A DNA stretch of 32,000 nucleotides from Candidatus Thalassarchaeaceae archaeon (GTDB lineage Archaea > Thermoplasmatota > Poseidoniia > Poseidoniales > Thalassarchaeaceae), in NCBI GenBank assembly GCA_045568075.1, contig JBJLBP010000001.1, positions 1,140,001 through 1,172,000 of the forward strand, written 5' to 3'. Positions 23,901 through 30,006 of this stretch are shown here, piece by piece. The position numbers were made by a program, and so were the translations under genes. The notes under the pieces are model-generated. The model was not told where the DNA came from, did not search any database, and was given only the letters and a program-made list of their open reading frames with translations. How positions within the stretch are numbered: position 1 is the stretch's first letter; each line of letters opens with the position of its first letter.

Positions 23901-26580
23901 ACTTTCAATCTCCGGCGACGACATCACCCTAACTGGAATTCCAGGTTCGAGAGTCAGCGGAATCCTGTCACTCGAACTCCCTGTCGATTCCCCACCAGCC
24001 TACCACGCATTCTCGGATGCAAGCAGCCTCGGAGCCGACCATTCACTCAGGCTCTCAGTTGAGGTTCTACAGATTTACCGAGCCTCACTAACACTCATCT
24101 CCCCTACCGACTCACCTCATATGGTCGAGGTTGAGGAAGCAATCCCTACCACTGTCCGTCTATACAATCCAGGCAACGGCGAGGACACTTACACCATGTC
24201 ACACACACTAATCCTCGATGACAACCTCACCGAAGACCCCGGCATCCAAGTCACCTTCAGTAGCGAAGAGATTACTCTGAGTGCCGGCAGCCTGCGGACT
24301 CTCCCCGTCGAGGTTGTCCTTCCAGATACAACGCCGGCGCGAACTCCGGTTAACATCGAGATTACCATGACAAGCGAGGGAGACAGTGCCATCTCTTCGA
24401 CAATTACCCTCACCCTCGAAGCACGTCAAGATCATCGTTGGGAAATTGAACTCTCAGCTCAAGGAACCTCAGTTGAAGACAGAACCTTCGCAGTCAATCC
24501 TGGCGACTCATTCGTCGTGGAGATTTCTGCCACAAATACAGGTAATCTACTCGATGATATCGAAATTGCAGGTACTGGCATCATAACGCCTGAAGGAACA
24601 GATACAGCGACAGATTGGGTCATAGTCGGCGACGCAGATACATCTGTTGCTGTCAATGCCAGCACCTATCTCGAATTAATCATCGAAGTTCCCGAAGGCG
24701 CTTGGAATGGAACCACATACGAAGTAAGTGGAACGGCCACCGCCTTCGGTGTAGAAGTGTATTCATTCTCATTCATCATCGAAGTCGCACATGTACCAGG
24801 ATGGACCGCGGTTGCAGCCGATGCAGACCTGGAGATCAATCCAGCAGGCTCGACGGTTTCACTGAGTATCATCCAGCAGGGTAATGCTCCAAGCAAGCCT
24901 TACGCGTCCGTTTACGTGACTGGAGAGACAGGATGGGTTGTCGAAGCGCCAGAAGATTTACCAATCCTTGAACCAGGTAATACTGCTCCACTCGACCTCG
25001 AAATAACACCTCCTGAAAACGCAAGACACGGTCGAACGGTCGAACTTAACATAAAGCTCAGAGAAGGGGATGGAAGCAGCGAGGCAACCATCACTCTACC
25101 GCTGCGAGTTGCCGTCATCCACGAGTTTTCACTCAATGGATTAGGGAATTGGATAGTCTCGGATGACGGTGGTTATCCTCACGCAGAATTGCAAAACCTC
25201 GGTAATGCCCCCACAACCATTTCACTCGAAGTCCTCAGTTTGCCACAGGGTTGGACAGTCTCTGGACGAACACATGTTGTAATCGGAGTTGGAGAAGTCA
25301 CAGGAGTTCCTCTCGAAGTTATTCCTGATTCGGAATGGGATGGATCTTCGCGGACGATTCGGATTTTAGCGCAGGATGAGGCCGGGAATCAGCGCGAGAT
25401 TTCTCTCGATACTCAGTATGAGGATCACTCGTGGGCTTCCTCGCCGATTATCGTAGCAGTGGAGGGTGATAGCGCCCTCCTTACAATCCACGGCACCTCG
25501 CCAGTATCGGAAGTTATGGATGATGCACAATTCAACCTTGATTGGGATTTGCAAGGGGGTTGGGTTTGGCATGCTGATTCTAGCGGAATCGGAACTCAGA
25601 TGACTGTTGATTCAGACTCTGTTTTACCTTACACCGCCTATGTAATCGAGCCATCGAATCGTTTTGCTACATGCACTATCTCTGGCTCGGTAGGTTCAGT
25701 TGATGCCGAATGCCAAGTCGGCAATGGCACCGAATCATTCGCATTCACAGTGATGCTCATCGACGATGAAGGGTCGATGTTGGATTCTCACGATGGTTTC
25801 GTAGCAGCGAATACAAGCTCGGATCAGATCAATCTGAGTGCGTCCGCTTGGAATCCGAGTCCAGGAATGAGGACGCTAACTATTCGATTGCTAGATGAGC
25901 GAGGAACCCTCGTCGCTTCGGCTGAGAGAGGTTTCGAGATTCGTCGAACCGATTGGAATGTTGGACTCGTTGGCTTGGAGATCGAAGGAGAGGGATCTTC
26001 TCAGAAGATCAAGGTCCTTACCAAGAGAGAGTATCATCATCTACTCACCGATGCTGATTGCAGTATCGAGGTGACTGCAGGAACACACAGTGCAACTCAC
26101 TCAATCGATGTAACGGGAATCTATCCTCCAGAACCTAAGTTAGATCGCCCAGATGTGGAGGATGGAACTGAGATGATTGTGACCATCCAATGTCTATTCC
26201 CCTGGGATGAAGATTCTGACTCGAGTGATGATGAAGCTCGATTGATTCTCTCGGGTGGGTCGATAGAATCAGGAGATGGATTCGAATGGGCAACAGCGCT
26301 CGGTTCGGCTGGCTTGGTCATTGTTCTAGCCTTGAGTTTGACTTGGATTCTCTACAACCAGCGGGAGCGTCGCAAATTGTTGGAAATGACCGAGTCTGTG
26401 ATTCAGAAGAAGAGCAAGCGGAAATCTCCTGAATTACCAGAAGTGCCCGAGCCAGTAGCTGAACCGCCGGCAGCAACCCCTCAACCCGTGGTCGAACCGA
26501 CTGAGGAAATCCCAGAAATCGAAGAGAAGAACCTGGACGAGTTCGAGAACAGGTTGAAGCGTCTGACCGGTGGCGAGTGA
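20929..26580 (+). CDS. Giant type-I surface protein (1883 aa): signal peptide, 7-repeat FG-GAP/integrin-alpha-like beta-propeller, CARDB domain, many Ig-like (NEW3/COG1470-like) domains, TM helix, Pro/Glu-rich cytoplasmic tail
   Basis: The start is taken at ATG 20929 (MSMRSADFGRFGEQKAVLAVACLLLLSISP). Seven Asp-rich Ca-loop-like repeats are listed in the findings. The CARDB segment is NPGEEVTVTAFFENAGTVEVDRAVDAILYADG...HEFELVLDPYQNVTQSRYDNDG. Repeated xN(L/T/P)GN modules carry PQGWTW/PQGWTV. The TM helix is ATALGSAGLVIVLALSLTWILY and the tail is ...PELPEVPEPVAEPPAATPQPVVEPTEEIPEIEEK.... Confidence 0.9.
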   Translation: MSMRSADFGRFGEQKAVLAVACLLLLSISPMIHDSEKDSESLTQFDDSQAFAGIIEPWSDGDQPWPQPGRLAQRTSVGPAHAPDGGAGSGAPTDAAELASVVDPVVNWVYGSYSIGTDALGTPVADLSGQIDTEEAAAGRCGGDSLFTIIIQTVVVGGNDHSVMRIVEGEDADLAWEVDLGATEIVKASPVVVDLDDDGSQEVIVVYDAGGTMYVDAYSPQLQCSVTGWSSGGSKSGELLWTYSDDSLRISSAEGPYTSSLFGGHNPTTQPLLADLDLDGDAELVLAAIDEISDDPVIVALPIAANGAPTPIWESTLQDGSHPSDPAFAQVDDETGYVLLTTTQASSGAMWVWKLDSETGDQKWGGLSLSNLDGDSDVPHIRLPGPVVANLDSDSTPEMIITIPTDADGSSSVDGAEYRGLEIDDGSEIWSFEAVNGYADAPPLAVDTDDDDVIDRVCWVSWYQETTARHGHAGCHDVSGNNPQLDWHHDLEQSSGAPNDEIAVAQPVWMDIDGNGAPELLVAYGRTLWAWDGDTGTQAAINDNWNDEVEVDHRTWSSPALADIDGDATLDIILGDTVISTAVADVRPLLDGRAIEFNPSAPNPGEEVTVTAFFENAGTVEVDRAVDAILYADGIEIARHRADTLEPTDPTGSAGFESFSVDWSGALGVHEFELVLDPYQNVTQSRYDNDGQETTLKIVPPYNATFEMPTNPVRVNPGDSTLSQPTVRSTGRLAGIWSLSVDASSLPQGWTWSDQTPGGITSIEIGTDATWMPSLWIHAPASAAGSDAGYLSLTMTLDEDTNVSVTGLLPVEANRTRGLSIRGPSGTTASTGYGLVGDSAKAWLVVENLGNADENSISMFWDSTAWDSAENSLTLYDEDGNEIPALRLDAGEQRIVTARLGVPSDANLADSVSTPLTMCVGSGDEETCQTVQLEFIASGTITETSHQLSMPESTLEWTVTADLPASTGVLDWKISEAGMGIENWLWSASGALSISGDDITLTGIPGSRVSGILSLELPVDSPPAYHAFSDASSLGADHSLRLSVEVLQIYRASLTLISPTDSPHMVEVEEAIPTTVRLYNPGNGEDTYTMSHTLILDDNLTEDPGIQVTFSSEEITLSAGSLRTLPVEVVLPDTTPARTPVNIEITMTSEGDSAISSTITLTLEARQDHRWEIELSAQGTSVEDRTFAVNPGDSFVVEISATNTGNLLDDIEIAGTGIITPEGTDTATDWVIVGDADTSVAVNASTYLELIIEVPEGAWNGTTYEVSGTATAFGVEVYSFSFIIEVAHVPGWTAVAADADLEINPAGSTVSLSIIQQGNAPSKPYASVYVTGETGWVVEAPEDLPILEPGNTAPLDLEITPPENARHGRTVELNIKLREGDGSSEATITLPLRVAVIHEFSLNGLGNWIVSDDGGYPHAELQNLGNAPTTISLEVLSLPQGWTVSGRTHVVIGVGEVTGVPLEVIPDSEWDGSSRTIRILAQDEAGNQREISLDTQYEDHSWASSPIIVAVEGDSALLTIHGTSPVSEVMDDAQFNLDWDLQGGWVWHADSSGIGTQMTVDSDSVLPYTAYVIEPSNRFATCTISGSVGSVDAECQVGNGTESFAFTVMLIDDEGSMLDSHDGFVAANTSSDQINLSASAWNPSPGMRTLTIRLLDERGTLVASAERGFEIRRTDWNVGLVGLEIEGEGSSQKIKVLTKREYHHLLTDADCSIEVTAGTHSATHSIDVTGIYPPEPKLDRPDVEDGTEMIVTIQCLFPWDEDSDSSDDEARLILSGGSIESGDGFEWATALGSAGLVIVLALSLTWILYNQRERRKLLEMTESVIQKKSKRKSPELPEVPEPVAEPPAATPQPVVEPTEEIPEIEEKNLDEFENRLKRLTGGE

Positions 26581-26597
26581 CCGCCGAAGGTGGTCCA

Positions 26598-27221
26598 ATG
26601 AGTCGCTACATACCCCCCAGTCCATTCTACACATTTGAGCCATTGCGCCACGATCCATTGGATATGATTCCGCTGATTCAAGCCTCACAAGGAGGAGACC
26701 ATTCAGAGATTAAGGCGGTTGAGGAAATTTCTGCATCGATTCTATCACTTGAGGAGGGAAAGAAACCAGAACTAGATCCGGCGATGATGCTATTCCTGAC
26801 CTGCGTGGCTTGGAAGAAAGATGGTGGAATTCCTGAACCACTGGATAAGGGAGTGTCTCGCGAGCGCCTTGGAAGATTCCCGATAGAGGGTGGTGATGCG
26901 CTCGCTTATCTTCTAGACAATACCATCGAGAAGGCGGAGGATGGTTTACATGACCTTCTCGCGAAACTAGCACTTGGCTTGGACGAGGAATATCTTGGAG
27001 AGGGTGGGTTCTCTCAGGGCGCTGGAGGGCTCGAGTTGTGTGGTTGGCTCGATGTCAAAGAGGTCGTAATTCTGCGTCGAGCAATTCAGCGAGGAAAGTG
27101 GTCTGTCGACCCCAATGAGCCGCTAGATGGTGGGGTCGGAGATGCCTTCCGCCACTTGACAATCATTTTGCGAGGCGCTGAGAAAAGACGCTGTGGCCTC
27201 CTGATGCGAAAGCATGCTTGA
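26598..27221 (+). CDS. Hypothetical cytosolic protein, operonic with the giant surface protein
   Basis: 207 aa from ATG 26598 (MSRYIPPSPFYTFEPLRHDPLD...). It has no TM helix or signal peptide. The sequence AGGTGGTCC (26587-26595) is a near-perfect match to the anti-SD complement AGGTGATCC and lies just upstream of the ATG. The ORF frame also opens at GTG 26577, overlapping the upstream stop (GTGA). Confidence 0.65.
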   Translation: MSRYIPPSPFYTFEPLRHDPLDMIPLIQASQGGDHSEIKAVEEISASILSLEEGKKPELDPAMMLFLTCVAWKKDGGIPEPLDKGVSRERLGRFPIEGGDALAYLLDNTIEKAEDGLHDLLAKLALGLDEEYLGEGGFSQGAGGLELCGWLDVKEVVILRRAIQRGKWSVDPNEPLDGGVGDAFRHLTIILRGAEKRRCGLLMRKHA

Positions 27222-27252
27222 AGCATAGTGAATTCACCTACTCAGTTTCTTT

Positions 27253-27999
27253 TCAGACGAGTCGAAGATTGTACAATTCGTCATAGATTGGACGAACCTC
27301 ATCGTAAATCGCTTGGTGAGCAGAGGAGAGTTCTCCCTCGCGGGCGCGATACTCGGCAAATTCAGTAGATTCCCAAACAGCATCATACCAATGCTTGGCC
27401 CAGATGCCGTCGCATTGCTTCGGGCCGGATTGCCAAGATAGCATGTCTGAATCATAGGGTATGTGAAGGGCATGGCATAGTTTTGGGAGCATCACATTTG
27501 GGTCTTGAAGGATGTCTCGCGAGTCAACAATTAGTGGGTTGACGCCGGATTCTTTGACCCACTCGACCAGACGTGTTTGTTGTGGCAGTCCTGTGGCCCA
27601 AGCATCGATCACATCTGTTTTCTTTGCTAGAGAAAGGAGGACCTCGCGCGGGTCGCGGATTAGGAAGCAAGTAGTCATCGAGTTGATCCAGTCAAGTTCC
27701 ATTCCCTCGGTGATATGGTGACACATGTGTTTCTGATACCAAATCTTCGATCCGTCGGCGGAGTTTTTACCAAGATTATGGACGACTGCTTGCCAATCTG
27801 TCTCATCATTTTCTATTATTTCACTCGCGCCAGGGTGCTGTATTCCGGTCGCTGCAAGATAGTGGGCATAAAGCGGCTCATCGGAGCAATATGTATCGGA
27901 GCGGCTATCGAAGGAATACATCATCGCAGTTGAGATATTGCGCGGACCCGACCACATTGCAATGTGCTTAGTTTCCCTCAAGTCAACCGCCACACTCAT
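27253..27999 (-). CDS. Sulfotransferase-like P-loop family protein
   Basis: 248-aa ORF with MWSGPRNISTAMMYSF (a PAPS/phosphate-binding-loop-like motif), DEPLYAHYL, QKHMCHHI, CFLIRDPREVLLS, LIVDSRDILQDP and GIWAKHWYDAVWESTEF. I recall this pattern from proteins annotated as sulfotransferase family. ATG 27957 (MWSGPRN) is an alternative start. Confidence 0.7.
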   Translation of the reverse strand: MSVAVDLRETKHIAMWSGPRNISTAMMYSFDSRSDTYCSDEPLYAHYLAATGIQHPGASEIIENDETDWQAVVHNLGKNSADGSKIWYQKHMCHHITEGMELDWINSMTTCFLIRDPREVLLSLAKKTDVIDAWATGLPQQTRLVEWVKESGVNPLIVDSRDILQDPNVMLPKLCHALHIPYDSDMLSWQSGPKQCDGIWAKHWYDAVWESTEFAEYRAREGELSSAHQAIYDEVRPIYDELYNLRLV

Positions 28000-28915
28000 T
28001 TCGAATCATCTCAATGTAAAGGCTCTGCAAACGCTCAGTCATCTGTCCGCGTCGCCCACCACTCATCGGCTCACCATCGTACTCAACAACCGGGGTCAAA
28101 CCCGCAAAGGTTCCTGTGACGAAAACCTCGTCGGCGGTTCGAACTTCTTCGGTTGTGAAATCCTTCTCGAAACTCGGGATTCCGTTGGCCTCGCAAAGAT
28201 CAAGGATTTTGCGACGGGTGATGCCATCGAGACAGAATTCACCCGTCGAAGTCCAAACTTCTCCATCTCTTACTATGAAGAAATGTGTCGAATTGCAGGT
28301 TGCTACATTTCCATTCGGGTCTAGCATCAAACCTTCATCCCCACCCTTTCGGCCAGCATCGAGGCATCCTGCTATGCAATTGTGCTTAGACAGGCTGTTG
28401 ATTCGTGGGTCCTGCACATTCTGTGGCCCGCGAATGATGTCAACTGTGACCAAACTGATCCCGTCGATTGCGCGTTGTGGATTCGCCTCCTTGTATTCCG
28501 GGATGATGACAATCGTTGGAGGACCCGACACGACCCATGGAGCTTGGTATGGAGTTGGCTTGAGTCCACGAGTAACAATCAGACGAATGTGGACTTGGTC
28601 CTGCATCTGGTTAGCACTCACAACCTCTCGAATCCGCGCGAGCATCGCATCGCGGGAAATTGGAATCTCTAACCCGATTACCTCCGCCCCATGCCAAAGT
28701 CGGTCGAGGTGGTCATCGATGAAAACAAGGACATTCTCGTGTAGACGAAATGCCTCCCAAACACCATCACCGAGCAAGAAGCCGGCGTCCATCACTGAGA
28801 CCTTAGCATCTGGACGCCGAAACAACTCACCGTCAATTGAAATCCAAACATCGGCATTGCGAGGGTCGTCGACGTATTCGTGAGTACCCACGGCAGACCC
28901 TAGGGCTACCAACAT
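27983..28915 (-). CDS. Class IV (fold type IV) PLP aminotransferase (branched-chain / D-amino-acid aminotransferase family)
   Basis: 310-aa ORF with SVMDAGFLLGDGVWEAFR, IRLIVTRG, the catalytic-Lys context RINSLSKHNCIAGCLDAGRKGGDEGLMLD, DGITRRKILDL and EVFVTGTFAGLTPVVEYDG. Substrate specificity cannot be read from the sequence. Confidence 0.88.
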   Translation of the reverse strand: MLVALGSAVGTHEYVDDPRNADVWISIDGELFRRPDAKVSVMDAGFLLGDGVWEAFRLHENVLVFIDDHLDRLWHGAEVIGLEIPISRDAMLARIREVVSANQMQDQVHIRLIVTRGLKPTPYQAPWVVSGPPTIVIIPEYKEANPQRAIDGISLVTVDIIRGPQNVQDPRINSLSKHNCIAGCLDAGRKGGDEGLMLDPNGNVATCNSTHFFIVRDGEVWTSTGEFCLDGITRRKILDLCEANGIPSFEKDFTTEEVRTADEVFVTGTFAGLTPVVEYDGEPMSGGRRGQMTERLQSLYIEMIRNECGG

Positions 28916-28916
28916 T

Positions 28917-29861
28917 TCAGAATGTCTGACCGGTCAACCGCTCGTACATATCCGCATAAAGGGTCGAAGTCTGGTCAATTATCTCCTGCGGCAAAGCAGG
29001 AATCGGAGGTTCCTCTGAACCAGCCTGACGTGCCTCATACAACTCTGCATGATGACCAGTTCCTAGGTAGTGACCGCGAACGAATTCCTTCGACAATTGC
29101 ACAATCTCACCGTTTGCGTATGACTCAGTATCCCACCAACGATCTTCATCCAGCGTACCAAATGAATCGACAAGCACCGGTACACGGCCAGCGCCAAGAG
29201 CGAATTCCTTCTTCCCATCAACGTGAATCAGACCACGTGCACCAGCCTCGGTCTCGATGATTTCATCGACCTTTACTGCAATGTCGAGAATCGCATCAAA
29301 CTCTTCCCCAGTCAAATTCGAAATTTCCAAAGCCTCTTGGCGATCGAGCAAACGATCAAACTTCTCGAACTTTGTAGAAACCTCAAGGTATGGCTTTGGT
29401 AGCTTCACACCCTGCTTCAATTCTGTGCCCGGCTCAAAGCCGAACTCCTCTGCTGGCGCGTCACCACGAGCATACCTACGCCAGCCGCTACCAGCCAGAT
29501 AATGTCTGCAAATGACCTCAAGAGGAACAAACACATTTTCTCTATCTTTTGCGATTGCACCTGGTTCTCGGACCACGTCGAAGCGTCGTGCCAACACGCG
29601 GTCCGGCGCGTTCATCTCGATTACATGCGTATCACAGATGCCCGCGTCCTCAACCAATTGGAACCAATGACAGGAAGTTCGGTTGAGTGATTCTCCCTTT
29701 CGCGGAATTAGGCTTGGGATAATTTGGTCGAAGACAGATATTTGGTCAGTATAGCGAAATTCGATGATATCTGGATCATCCGTGCTCCATACCTGTTTCA
29801 CTTTGCCATGGTAAATCATCTCGCCCATATCGCCCCTGCCGCGCCAGCCGCCGATGAACAT
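28917..29861 (-). CDS. purC: Phosphoribosylaminoimidazole-succinocarboxamide synthase (SAICAR synthetase, long form)
   Basis: The ORF reads YHGKVKQVWSTDDPDIIEFRYTDQISVFDQIIPSLIPRKGESLNRTSCHWFQL...LPLEVICRHYLAGS...IHVDGKKEF...VLVDSFGTLDEDRWW. The probable start is ATG 29828 (MGEMIYHGK). Its stop lies 1 nt before the aminotransferase ATG. Confidence 0.9.
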   Translation of the reverse strand: MFIGGWRGRGDMGEMIYHGKVKQVWSTDDPDIIEFRYTDQISVFDQIIPSLIPRKGESLNRTSCHWFQLVEDAGICDTHVIEMNAPDRVLARRFDVVREPGAIAKDRENVFVPLEVICRHYLAGSGWRRYARGDAPAEEFGFEPGTELKQGVKLPKPYLEVSTKFEKFDRLLDRQEALEISNLTGEEFDAILDIAVKVDEIIETEAGARGLIHVDGKKEFALGAGRVPVLVDSFGTLDEDRWWDTESYANGEIVQLSKEFVRGHYLGTGHHAELYEARQAGSEEPPIPALPQEIIDQTSTLYADMYERLTGQTF

Positions 29862-29967
29862 TGCTGATGCTCAAATTCATTTTCAGAAGGGAGATTTGGG
29901 AAATTTATTGTCTCTGACGCCCCGCATGAGCAAGATTTCTCGCATGCGTGAAAGGTACGATGCAACG

Positions 29968-29998
29968 CGGGTCGAGTCTATATCCGGACTTCGACCCG
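29968..29998. promoter_or_regulatory. TATA-like element embedded in an imperfect palindrome, ~25 nt upstream of the permease-fusion start
   Basis: The sequence is CGGGTCGAGTC-tatatccg-GACTTCGACCCG, with an 11-bp stem and one bulged T. TCTATAT (29977-29983) spans the stem/loop boundary. GTG 30007 is the first start codon after the in-frame stop at 30001-30003. Confidence 0.4.
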
Positions 29999-30006
29999 TC
30001 TGACTC

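Noticed and set aside
28116-28883. 255-aa plus-strand ORF spanning almost the whole aminotransferase gene
   Set aside because: It is antisense to a gene with unambiguous fold-type-IV aminotransferase motifs. Its S/R/T/P-rich product is typical of antisense frames.
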